NCBI GenBank assembly: GCA_036557945.1
Contig: DATBGM010000054.1
Coordinates: 4,188-68,187, forward strand
DNA length: 64,000 nt
Source of the DNA: Bryobacteraceae bacterium
GTDB taxonomy: Bacteria; Acidobacteriota; Terriglobia; Bryobacterales; Bryobacteraceae
Direction: 5' to 3'
The notes below the pieces were generated by a model. The model was not told the DNA's origin. It made no database searches and was given only the letters and a program-made list of their open reading frames with translations. Positions within the stretch are counted from its first letter, which is position 1, and every line of letters starts with the position of its first letter. Shown here one piece after another: positions 46,026-54,309 of the stretch. The position numbers and the translations under genes are program-made.

Positions 46026-47219
46026 TCAGATGCCCACCCGCCAGGTCCGGTTCGCTTCCGCCAGAATACGACGGGCGACTTCCCGCGATTCGGCGTCGAT
46101 GGCGAGCACCTCTTCTATTGTCGCCGCTTCCCGAGACGGGTGCCGTTCCAGTGTTTCCTGAACCACCTCGGCGATCGCCGGGAACGGTACCTGCCCGTTT
46201 AAGAAGGCTTCTACGGCGATCTCGTCGGCCGCGTTCAGGGTGCAGGTTGCCGATCCTCCCGCTTGTTGTGCTTCATAAGCCAGTTTCAGGAGCTTGAACT
46301 TGTCTAAATCGGGCGCACAAAAGTTCCAGGTGCGCGGCTCCGTCCAGTCCAGGCGCGGTACCGGGGCACGGTGGCGTTCCGGATATGTCATAGCGTACTG
46401 GATGGGCATCCGCATATCGGTCGCCGAAATCTGCGCGATGACGCTGCCGTCGTTATACTCCACCATGGCGTGGATCGAGGACTGCGGATGAACGACAACC
46501 TCTACGTGCTCGGCCGGTAAACCGAAGAGCCAGCACGCTTCAATCACTTCAAAGCCTTTATTCATCATGGTGGCGGAATCGATCGTGATCCGCCGGCCCA
46601 TCTTCCAGGTGGGATGGCGGAGCGCCTGTTCGGGCGTCACCTGCCAGAGCGCATCGGCGGGGGTGTCACGGAAGGGACCACCGGAGGCTGTCAAAAGCAG
46701 ACGCGTGACTTCGGCGCGAGTGCCCGCACGAAAACACTGGTGCGCGCCGTTGTGTTCGCTATCTACGGGAATCAATTCGGCTCCCGTTTGTCGGGCAGCT
46801 TCCATCACCAGCCGCCCGCTGGCAACCAGCACCTCTTTGTTCGCCAAACCAACCCGCTTTTTCCGCCGAATGGCTTCGTAGGTCGCTTCCAGACCTGCGA
46901 CACCGACGATGGCCGACATGACGAAATCGGCCTCTTCTGCCACCGCAGCAGTTACCCGCGCTGCCGGCCCGAAGGCAAGTTCCGGCCATTCCGTTTTGGG
47001 AAATGCCAGTTCTGCCAAACGAACTTTTAACTGAAATAGATTAGATTCGTCGGCAACAACGGCCACGGCTGGCCGGAATTCCAAAATTTGGGAGGCAAGC
47101 TCCGAAACGTTTCGGCCTGCTACCAAAGCATGGATCTGGAAGCGCTCCGGATTCTGGCGCACCACGTCCAGGGTGCTGGTTCCAATGGAACCCGTTGAAC
47201 CTAAAACACTTATGTTCAC
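46026..47219 (-). CDS. dxr: 1-deoxy-D-xylulose 5-phosphate reductoisomerase
   Basis: VLGSTGSIGTSTLDV N-terminus and LANKEVLV, PVDSEHN motifs. Confidence 0.95.
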   Translation of the reverse strand: MNISVLGSTGSIGTSTLDVVRQNPERFQIHALVAGRNVSELASQILEFRPAVAVVADESNLFQLKVRLAELAFPKTEWPELAFGPAARVTAAVAEEADFVMSAIVGVAGLEATYEAIRRKKRVGLANKEVLVASGRLVMEAARQTGAELIPVDSEHNGAHQCFRAGTRAEVTRLLLTASGGPFRDTPADALWQVTPEQALRHPTWKMGRRITIDSATMMNKGFEVIEACWLFGLPAEHVEVVVHPQSSIHAMVEYNDGSVIAQISATDMRMPIQYAMTYPERHRAPVPRLDWTEPRTWNFCAPDLDKFKLLKLAYEAQQAGGSATCTLNAADEIAVEAFLNGQVPFPAIAEVVQETLERHPSREAATIEEVLAIDAESREVARRILAEANRTWRVGI

Positions 47220-47300
47220 GTAAGCAGCCTTGTATGCCGTTTGTGACCGAGGGGATAGAAGCGCTTCAGAAAAAAATTTTGATTTTCGTAGAGAAAATGC

Positions 47301-47329
47301 TTGCGTTCCATAAATTCATATTCTAATAT
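47301..47329 (+). promoter_or_regulatory. sigma70-like promoter TTGCGT-17 nt-TAATAT
   Basis: TTGCGT at 47301-06 and TAATAT at 47324-29 with a 17-nt spacer, in an AT-rich stretch of the dxr/PLP-gene divergent region. Confidence 0.5.
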
Positions 47330-47336
47330 TGGAAGT

Positions 47337-47507
47337 AAGCCAGGGAGGCAACTCCCACCAAAGCGAGACTAACCTCATAGAAAGACCCCTGAAGCAACAC
47401 CTCCCTGGCGCCCGAAAGGGTCCACGTCTCGCGCTTCAGACATTCTAAGAACTCTTCCCCACAAAAGCTATCGTCACTGAGAGTACACTTCTAAGCGGAG
47501 TATCTTT
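47337..47507 (+). promoter_or_regulatory. structured 5' leader (candidate riboswitch/attenuator, class unknown)
   Basis: 10-bp pairing 47339-48/47400-09; a competing gggag-GCAA-ctccc hairpin at 47343-56; 7-bp 47363-69/47426-32; 5-bp 47384-88/47418-22; 7-bp 47389-95/47433-39. Confidence 0.4.
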
Positions 47508-48746
47508 GTGGCTGAGCCAACCTCTTTACATCCCGAAACCGACGTCCTGACGCGTGGCTTCGATCCTTCACTTTCCGTGGGTTCGGCGCGGCCGGCGGTG
47601 TTTCGCAGCTCGACGTACGTCTTCTCGAGCCCGGAAGCTGCCGAGCGCGCCTTCGACCTCATGGGCGGCAGGGGACAGCGGACGCCCGAAGAGAATGTCG
47701 ATCTTGTTTATTCGCGCTTCAACCATCCGAACGCGCAGATTCTGGAGGACCAGATTCTGCCGCTCGAGCCCGGCGCTATCGGGGCTGTCGCTTTCAACTC
47801 CGGCATGGCGGCGATCATGACCGCTCTGCTGGCAGTTCTGCAGCCGGGCGATTCGCTCGTCTACACGACGCCGATCTACGGCGGAACGCAGACGCTGATT
47901 CAAGGTTTTCTGCAGTCATTCGGCATCGAAGGCATCGCCGTGCCGGCCGGTGCAAGCGACGCAATCGATGCCGCTATTCACAGCGCCAGGAATTTGCGCG
48001 TGATTCTGATCGAAACGCCGGCCAATCCCACGGTCATCATGACCGACGTTAAGCGCGCCTCGAAAACGGCACGCGAATTACAAGGCGACCGGCCGCTCGT
48101 GATGATCGACAATACGTTTCTCGGCCCGGCCTTTCAGCATCCGCTGGCCTTGGGCGCCGATGTCTCGCTCTATTCGGCGACGAAATATCTGGGCGGCTAC
48201 AGCGATATCATCGGCGGCGTTGCGCTGACGCGCGATGCGGATGTGCTGAACAGAATCCGGAGTAAGCGTAGTTTGTTCGGCAACATTCTGCAGCCGGACG
48301 AGTGCTGGATTCTGAATACGCGGCTTCCTACCGTCGCCTTGCGTATGAATCGGCAGAGTAAGAATGCGCAGCGCATCGCGGAGACATTGAACGACCATCC
48401 GAAAATCAGCAAGGTCTACTATCCGACGTTGTTCGACAACGAAGAGCAGAGGCGCATCTACGAGGAGCAGTGCGATCATCCCGGCGGCCTGATCTCGATC
48501 GATTTAAAAGGCGGGAAACGGGCGGCGTTCGAAATGCTGCGGCATTTGAAGCTCGCGCGTAATGCGGTGTCGCTCGGCGGCGTTGAAACGCTCGCCTGCC
48601 ATCCCCGCAGCACGACGCATTCAGCCTGGAGCGCGAAGGATCTCGACGAAGCGGGAATCGGCGAAGGCCTGGTGCGTATCTCCTGCGGCATCGAGGATTG
48701 GCAGGATTTGCTGGCCGATTTCACGCAGGCGTTAGAGCGCGCTTAA
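47508..48746 (+). CDS. Cys/Met-metabolism PLP-dependent enzyme (cystathionine gamma-synthase / methionine gamma-lyase / O-acylhomoserine sulfhydrylase family)
   Basis: YSATKYLGGYSDIIGG lysine motif and the family-typical C-terminal LVRISCGIED. GTG start 9 nt after GGAG. Confidence 0.85.
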   Translation: MAEPTSLHPETDVLTRGFDPSLSVGSARPAVFRSSTYVFSSPEAAERAFDLMGGRGQRTPEENVDLVYSRFNHPNAQILEDQILPLEPGAIGAVAFNSGMAAIMTALLAVLQPGDSLVYTTPIYGGTQTLIQGFLQSFGIEGIAVPAGASDAIDAAIHSARNLRVILIETPANPTVIMTDVKRASKTARELQGDRPLVMIDNTFLGPAFQHPLALGADVSLYSATKYLGGYSDIIGGVALTRDADVLNRIRSKRSLFGNILQPDECWILNTRLPTVALRMNRQSKNAQRIAETLNDHPKISKVYYPTLFDNEEQRRIYEEQCDHPGGLISIDLKGGKRAAFEMLRHLKLARNAVSLGGVETLACHPRSTTHSAWSAKDLDEAGIGEGLVRISCGIEDWQDLLADFTQALERA

Positions 48747-48754
48747 CAGGCGGC

Positions 48755-48824
48755 CACCAATCGCTTCGCTCATGGCTCCGTTCGAGAATCCGATCACTCG
48801 GAGCCATGAGCGAAGCGATTGGTG
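48755..48824. repeat. perfect 26-bp inverted repeat with 18-nt spacer
   Basis: caccaatcgcttcgctcatggctccg (48755-80) is the exact reverse complement of 48799-48824. Confidence 0.9.
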
Positions 48825-48845
48825 CTTAGTAGTATGGTCTTCGCG

Positions 48846-50099
48846 ATGCGAATGAAATGGATGGCCGCGTTGTGCCTGACCTGCGCCACGATTGCGGGCG
48901 CGAGCGGCTTGCGGGTCGATGATTCCGGACGCTATTTCGATGAGAACGGCAAACCGTGGTTCTGGTTGGGCGATACGGCGTGGCCGCTGGCTGTCACCTA
49001 CACGGCGCAGGAAGCGAACGACTATCTGAAAGCGCGTGCGCGGCTGGGCTTCTCGATCGTACAGGTGTCACTGATTTGGGACGGCGGCACGGGAACCGAG
49101 AAAGGGGCGAGTCCGAACCCCAACTTCGCGGGCGTGGTGCCATGGCAAAATCGCGATCCGCTGAAACCGGAAGAGGCGTATTGGAAGAACGTCGATACGC
49201 TCGTCGCAAACGCGGCGCGAGAGCATTTGTATCTCGGTCTGCTGCCGGCGTGGGGCTCTTACGTGGTCAATGAAAAGCTGATCACGGCGGCCAATGCCGA
49301 GCAATACGGGAAATGGCTCGGTACACGTTATAAGAATGCGCCGAACATTGTCTGGATTCTTGGCGGCGACAGAAAAGTTTCGCAGGCGCCGGATATCTGG
49401 CCGCTCATCGCGCGCGGACTTCAGGCGGGCAACGGCGGCGCGCATCTGATCACGTTTCATCCGGGCATGGAGCGCAAGGCGTCAAGCGAATCGCTGCGCA
49501 ACGAGCCCTGGCTTGCAGCCAACATGATTCAGACCTGGGCGAATTACACCGATATTCCGGAGATCGTGCGGCATGTCTACGAACTAAAACCGGCCAAGCC
49601 GGTAATTCTCGGCGAAGGCGCATACGAAGAAGGTCCGGAATATCCAACCAAGCCAATTACGCCGCTCGTGGTGCGCAAGCAGGCGTACTGGGCCTATCTT
49701 TCGGGCGGTTCGTTCACGTATGGACACAACGATATGTGGCGCAAGAACCCAAACTGGCGCAAATCGCTCACGAGCGAAGGCGCGCGCGATATGAGCGTGT
49801 TGAAGAAGATTTTCGCGAAGGTGGATTGGTGGAAGCTGGTGCCGGACAATTCGGTTCTCGGTGATGGTCCCGGCACAGACAAAGAACAGAATGCCGCGGC
49901 ACGCGCATCTGACGGGAGTTGGGTCCTGGTTTATCTGAGCCACAATGCACCCGTGAATTTGCGTTTGGCTCAATATAAGACTGCCGAGTGGATCAATCCG
50001 CAGGATGGAAATCGGGTAAGGATCTCCCAGCCCGGCGCAGAGTCGCACATACCTCCGCTCTCATGGCAGGATGCGGTGCTGCTCGCAACAGAGAACTAG
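48846..50099 (+). CDS. DUF4038 / glycoside hydrolase family 140-like protein
   Basis: Signal peptide MRMKWMAALCLTCATIAGASG. NGKPWFWLGDTAWPL and ARLGFSIVQV are typical of the DUF4038 (GH140) family. The start could be 48834 or 48846. Confidence 0.65.
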   Translation: MRMKWMAALCLTCATIAGASGLRVDDSGRYFDENGKPWFWLGDTAWPLAVTYTAQEANDYLKARARLGFSIVQVSLIWDGGTGTEKGASPNPNFAGVVPWQNRDPLKPEEAYWKNVDTLVANAAREHLYLGLLPAWGSYVVNEKLITAANAEQYGKWLGTRYKNAPNIVWILGGDRKVSQAPDIWPLIARGLQAGNGGAHLITFHPGMERKASSESLRNEPWLAANMIQTWANYTDIPEIVRHVYELKPAKPVILGEGAYEEGPEYPTKPITPLVVRKQAYWAYLSGGSFTYGHNDMWRKNPNWRKSLTSEGARDMSVLKKIFAKVDWWKLVPDNSVLGDGPGTDKEQNAAARASDGSWVLVYLSHNAPVNLRLAQYKTAEWINPQDGNRVRISQPGAESHIPPLSWQDAVLLATEN

Positions 50100-50163
50100 A
50101 GGCCGGCAACAGGCAGCGGCGCGTCGCTAAAATAGTATACTACATAGCCAGGAGGTGCCGGGC

Positions 50164-50565
50164 ATGATAGCGTTCAAGAATATCCTCGCCTGGACTTTGT
50201 CCGTTTTGCTGGCGATTCTCTTTCTCTTTGCCGGGGGTGTCAAACTGATGGGCTCGCCTGCCATGGTTCAGGAGTTTACCCAGATCGGAATCGGGCAGTG
50301 GTTTCGCTACTTCACAGGCATTCTCGAAGTCAGCGGCGCGATTGGACTGCTTTTGCCAAGATACCGCCTGTGGGCGGCGCTACAACTCGCGCTTGTCATG
50401 ACGGGCGCAACAGCCGTGAACATCCTGATTCTCCATGCACCGCGCCTGGCGGTGCTTACCGCTGTATTGCTGGCGCTTGCCCTGACGATCGCATGGCTCC
50501 GGCGCGCTCGCGCCGGCGAAACGCCTGCTTCCGATGCGCGGAGTTTGCCCGGTCTCTCTACTTGA
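50164..50565 (+). CDS. DoxX family membrane protein
   Basis: ATG 8 nt after AGGAGG. Four TM helices with LFLFAGGVKLMG and EVSGAIGLLLP motifs. Confidence 0.75.
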   Translation: MIAFKNILAWTLSVLLAILFLFAGGVKLMGSPAMVQEFTQIGIGQWFRYFTGILEVSGAIGLLLPRYRLWAALQLALVMTGATAVNILILHAPRLAVLTAVLLALALTIAWLRRARAGETPASDARSLPGLST

Positions 50566-51532
50566 ACAAAACGCGCCAGGTTGCAACCACGAAGGCATGC
50601 GTCACCATCGGAGCGCGCACACTCCCGCTCTGCGCATAGGCGATACCGCAGGCAATTCCGAGCACGGTGGCCACCAGCGCGCGCTGCCAGTTCGGGAATT
50701 GGTGAAACCAGAGATGGACACTGCCAAACAACACTGCCGAAATCAGCACCGCAGCCGTTTTCGAACGCCAGCCGTTGAGCAGCGCGCGTTCGATGACGCC
50801 GCGAAAGAACAGTTCTTCGCTGATCGCAACCACCCACAGGATGCCGAAGAATGTTCCGATACCGATGCCCGCAACCTGCCACCAGTCGCCCTGCATCGGT
50901 GCAAAACGTACGTCCTTAAGCGCAAGCGCGAGCAACGCAATGGGCACGATTGCCGCGGCGTAATACAGAAGGCCGATGCGCCACTCGTGTGCGCGCGGCC
51001 ACGGTCCGAACGCGCCCGGATCCCATTCACGAAAGATGAGCAGGGCCACGATACCAAGGCGAATCCACATAAGATGGCCGAGTACATCGACCCGCAGTTG
51101 CGGATCGGGCGAAATGTAAACGCGCTTGAAAACATGCAGCAGAATCGGTGCAGCCGCGATGACGAGAAAGCCGGCATCGTAGGCGGGGCGGCGCGGCAGC
51201 AACACAAACCAGAGTGCGAACACGCCGCTCAGAAACGCGAGCAGCAGGAAGGAGTGACGTTCGAAAGTTCCCGCAAGCAGCGAAAAAATCAGGTACGGAA
51301 CGAGGGCGCTTACCCAGACGAGCAATGCCTGCACGCGCCGCCCGGCGAGCGCTCCGAACCAGGCGAGCGTTCCTTCGAAAATCGACGCGAGATAAAAAAC
51401 GGCTTCGGCAAGAAACGCGGGTAATGCCGCGCTCATGATCCAATGGAATGTAGGATGCTGCCGTGAATAGAAGATGGCGCAGAGAATTAGCACCGCCCAG
51501 GAGCATGCCAAAGCGACAAAATATGGACGCAT
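50558..51532 (-). CDS. CPBP family intramembrane glutamic endopeptidase (CAAX protease/Abi-like)
   Basis: SEELFFRGV and FGSVHLW motifs; polytopic. The 5' end is unresolved (candidates 51436, 51532, 51547, 51658). Confidence 0.7.
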   Translation of the reverse strand: MRPYFVALACSWAVLILCAIFYSRQHPTFHWIMSAALPAFLAEAVFYLASIFEGTLAWFGALAGRRVQALLVWVSALVPYLIFSLLAGTFERHSFLLLAFLSGVFALWFVLLPRRPAYDAGFLVIAAAPILLHVFKRVYISPDPQLRVDVLGHLMWIRLGIVALLIFREWDPGAFGPWPRAHEWRIGLLYYAAAIVPIALLALALKDVRFAPMQGDWWQVAGIGIGTFFGILWVVAISEELFFRGVIERALLNGWRSKTAAVLISAVLFGSVHLWFHQFPNWQRALVATVLGIACGIAYAQSGSVRAPMVTHAFVVATWRVLFK

Positions 51533-52277
51533 GCTCCTGAACATCGCCCTCATCGTAGCATCGGCTTCCATGCTGACGGCGTTTGCCGCCGAGCCTCCAG
51601 CGGGACTGTTGCGAAAAATTGCCGAGCGTGAATCGGCCAACGCCGAAGCAATGAGCAATTACACCTACCGTCAGTCGGTCACGCTGCAGGAGTTTAACGA
51701 TCGCGGCGGCGTCACGGGCGAATATCACGAGGTACGTGATGTAACGTTTTCGCCGCAGCACGTGCGCTATGAACAAGCTGCCGGACAAACCCGCAATACG
51801 CTCACGCGCATCAAAATGACCCCGTTGGATTTCGAGGATATCCGCAACGTCGAGCCGTTCTTATTAACCAAAGACAAAGTTTCGCTCTACGAAGGCCAGT
51901 ACAAGGGCGAGGAAATGGTGGATGGTTCTTTATGTTTCATCGAGCACGTGCGGCCGCGGCAGATTCTTTCGGGGCAGCGATTCTTTGAAGGGCTGCTGTG
52001 GGTGCGCGAGAGCGATTTTGCAGTTATGAAAAGCGAAGGCCAGGGCGTGCCGCAGATTGAGACGCTACGCGAACAGAACCTGACGCCGCATTTCACGACA
52101 TTCCGCAAATGGATCGATGGGAAATGGTTTTTTCCAAGCGAGACATATGCCGACGATACGCTTTACTTTCGCGACTGGCCGCAGCGCATCCGGATCGAGA
52201 TCCGGTACATGAATTACAAACGCTTCGGCGCGGAGTCGACAATCACATTTGGCGGGGAAGAGCCGCCGCCGAAGTGA
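51474..52277 (+). CDS. secreted protein, possibly LolA-like / outer-membrane lipoprotein-sorting fold
   Basis: Signal-peptide-like KATKYGRMLLNIALIVASASMLTAFA. The rest is beta-rich with no firm motif. An alternative start lies at 51531. Confidence 0.4.
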   Translation: MAQRISTAQEHAKATKYGRMLLNIALIVASASMLTAFAAEPPAGLLRKIAERESANAEAMSNYTYRQSVTLQEFNDRGGVTGEYHEVRDVTFSPQHVRYEQAAGQTRNTLTRIKMTPLDFEDIRNVEPFLLTKDKVSLYEGQYKGEEMVDGSLCFIEHVRPRQILSGQRFFEGLLWVRESDFAVMKSEGQGVPQIETLREQNLTPHFTTFRKWIDGKWFFPSETYADDTLYFRDWPQRIRIEIRYMNYKRFGAESTITFGGEEPPPK

Positions 52278-52278
52278 A

Positions 52279-53133
52279 TCATTCGATGCTGAAGGTTTGC
52301 TTCATCTCGTAACGCGTGTTGGCAATCAAATCGCGCGCTTCCAGCAGAATGGTGTAAGAGCCGCGCTCGGTGGCCTTTCCCATTTGCAGCGCGAGCGTAC
52401 CCGGCACAAACTGGGCCGGATAGAAACCGCCTTCCTCCAGCTTGGCCGCGTTCGGCTCCTGGATGAACGCCTTGCCGCTCGGATCGAGCACCGTGATGCC
52501 ATAAGAAACATGGCAGCGGTTGTCGGGGCCGGTCTGAAATCCCGCCATGACAAAATGCGCGAATACGGTATCGCCGGGGCTGTAGGCCGCCAGGCTGAGC
52601 GTTTCGGTGTCGTTCTCGCGGCGGAGAAAGCGAAAGTTTTCGATCGTGATAGATGTGGCGGGCGTGAGTTTCACGCCGCCGATAAGAAACGGAACGTCGC
52701 GCGATGTTTCCGTCTTACCGAGGATATCTTTTGCCGTGACATGCAAGTGGAACGATCCGACCGCGAGAAACGAGGGCAGCAGAAAACTGGCGCGGCGTTT
52801 CGGCACCCAGTTCTTATCTTCCGGAGCCAGCGTCGTCTTGATTTCGCCGTTCACAGGTTCGAGCAGCGGACGGCCTTGTTCGTCCTGCGGCACGATTTCG
52901 TAACTGAGCGAAATCTTCTTCGTTTCGCCCTGATTATCTGAATGCACGGCGAAGCCGGCGATCTGGAACGTAAAGTAGAGGTAGTCGCCGGGCGTGAAAC
53001 GATAATCGGCGGCAATGGGCGGACCGTCTTCGGATGAGGAAATCACGGCATTGATGACAGCAAGCTGCGGTTCGGCGGCTCGGACGCAAAGACAGCCGCA
53101 GATAGCGACGGCGAAAAGGAGCAGGGGACGCAT
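52279..53133 (-). CDS. secreted protein made of two tandem homologous ~130-aa domains
   Basis: Signal peptide MRPLLLFAVAICGCLCVRA. Both halves share PGDxxxxxFxxAGFxxxxDN...SYxI...D..G...EP...GS(F/Y)x(L/I)...A(K/R)D. Confidence 0.5.
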   Translation of the reverse strand: MRPLLLFAVAICGCLCVRAAEPQLAVINAVISSSEDGPPIAADYRFTPGDYLYFTFQIAGFAVHSDNQGETKKISLSYEIVPQDEQGRPLLEPVNGEIKTTLAPEDKNWVPKRRASFLLPSFLAVGSFHLHVTAKDILGKTETSRDVPFLIGGVKLTPATSITIENFRFLRRENDTETLSLAAYSPGDTVFAHFVMAGFQTGPDNRCHVSYGITVLDPSGKAFIQEPNAAKLEEGGFYPAQFVPGTLALQMGKATERGSYTILLEARDLIANTRYEMKQTFSIE

Positions 53134-53154
53134 ATAAGGCGGACAATTCTCATT

Positions 53155-53790
53155 TTGCTACTGGCCGGGATGGTTTCCGGTCAGTCGGTCCACCCGATCA
53201 CCGGAAGACGGATCGCGCCGGTGATGGGAGTTGCGGGCGCGGACTGGCTCGATCGCGAGGAGCGCGCGCGCGAGGAGCAGCCGGAAAAAGCAATCGCCGA
53301 GTTGCATCTGCAGCCGGGCATGGCGGTGGCGGACGTAGGCGCCGGCACCGGATTCTATTCTTTGCGCCTGGCCAAGGCCGTCGCTCCGCGTGGTACTGTC
53401 TTTTCGGAAGATATTCAGCCCGGAATGCTGGAACGGCTCAGGAGCAAAGCGGCGGCCGCGCACGAGACGAACATCGTAACCATTTTGGGCACCGAGTCCG
53501 ACCCGCGGCTTCCGCAAGCGAAACTCGACCTGGTGCTGCTGGTCGATGTGTATCACGAATTCTCGCAGCCTGGGCGCATGCTTCGCCGCATTCGCGAATC
53601 GCTCAAGCCGGAGGGCGAACTGGTGCTGCTGGAATTCAGAAAAGAAGATCCGGAGTTGCCGATCCGGCCGGAACACAAGATGAGCGTGGAGGAAATAAAA
53701 GCGGAAGTTGCGCCGGAGGGTTACGAATTGGAGAAAACGATAGAGACGCTGCCGCGCCAGCACATGGTGTTCTTCCGGAAGGGCAAGTAG
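53155..53790 (+). CDS. class I SAM-dependent methyltransferase
   Basis: VADVGAGTGFYSLRLA (motif I) and DLVLLVDVYHEF. TTG at 53155 or ATG at 53170. Confidence 0.8.
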   Translation: MLLAGMVSGQSVHPITGRRIAPVMGVAGADWLDREERAREEQPEKAIAELHLQPGMAVADVGAGTGFYSLRLAKAVAPRGTVFSEDIQPGMLERLRSKAAAAHETNIVTILGTESDPRLPQAKLDLVLLVDVYHEFSQPGRMLRRIRESLKPEGELVLLEFRKEDPELPIRPEHKMSVEEIKAEVAPEGYELEKTIETLPRQHMVFFRKGK

Positions 53791-53793
53791 GGA

Positions 53794-54219
53794 TTATGGC
53801 TGAACCAACCGCGGCGGTACAGAAATCCAAAACTGATTTGGGTACCCGAAGGAGGTGGATGGAACTGCCGCAGGAGCGTCTTCCAAAATGAAGTGGAAGA
53901 TCAAATTAACCTTCATTCCCTTGCATGCCTCATCAAATTTTGACGCCTGAATAGCTTTCTCAAGAGCGGGCCCGAAAAGTCCCTTCTCTCTTGCCGACGC
54001 CACAGTAATGGACAAGTCCTTAGCGTGCCCGGCTGGACCAACAACAACTTCTACACCGAGATTTGCCGTAACTCGAGCTGCATCGGCGAGTGGAGGATAG
54101 GCCGGTAATTGCAGTCGAGCGATGCAATTAGTATTGGGCCCTTCCTTTTGACTACTAGGCGATTGGGCAGCCAGTGTTCCATATATCAGGCAAATTGCCG
54201 CCCAAAATCTCAGGAGCAT
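53794..54219 (-). CDS. small secreted protein with TonB-C-terminal-like pattern
   Basis: Signal peptide MLLRFWAAICLIYGTLAAQ. LPAYPPLADAARVTANLGVEVVVGPAGH...KFDEA follows the YP..A...G.V.V.V pattern of TonB_C-type domains. G+C is visibly lower than in the flanks. Confidence 0.4.
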   Translation of the reverse strand: MLLRFWAAICLIYGTLAAQSPSSQKEGPNTNCIARLQLPAYPPLADAARVTANLGVEVVVGPAGHAKDLSITVASAREKGLFGPALEKAIQASKFDEACKGMKVNLIFHFILEDAPAAVPSTSFGYPNQFWISVPPRLVQP

Positions 54220-54309
54220 ATCAGACCATCATGCGCTATTTCGAAAAGGCGAGTAAGCGTTTCGTGATGCGCTTCTGCTCTGCGGAGTATTAGGACGCGT
54301 GAAGACGCC

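Noticed and set aside
47337-47507. Assigning the leader to a known riboswitch class (SAM-I/S-box, SAM-II/V, SAM-IV, SAH, cobalamin, T-box).
   Set aside because: I could not find the conserved cores I remember for these classes, for example the S-box GAGGGA...GCAACC, the B12-box/GCCACUG, or the T-box AANNNGGGUGGUACCGCG. The class is left open pending a covariance-model scan.
48819-48845. TTG at 48819 as the start of the GH140-like gene.
   Set aside because: It lies inside the right arm of the 26-bp inverted repeat and precedes the signal peptide by 9-10 non-signal residues. The ATG at 48846 (or 48834) fits better.
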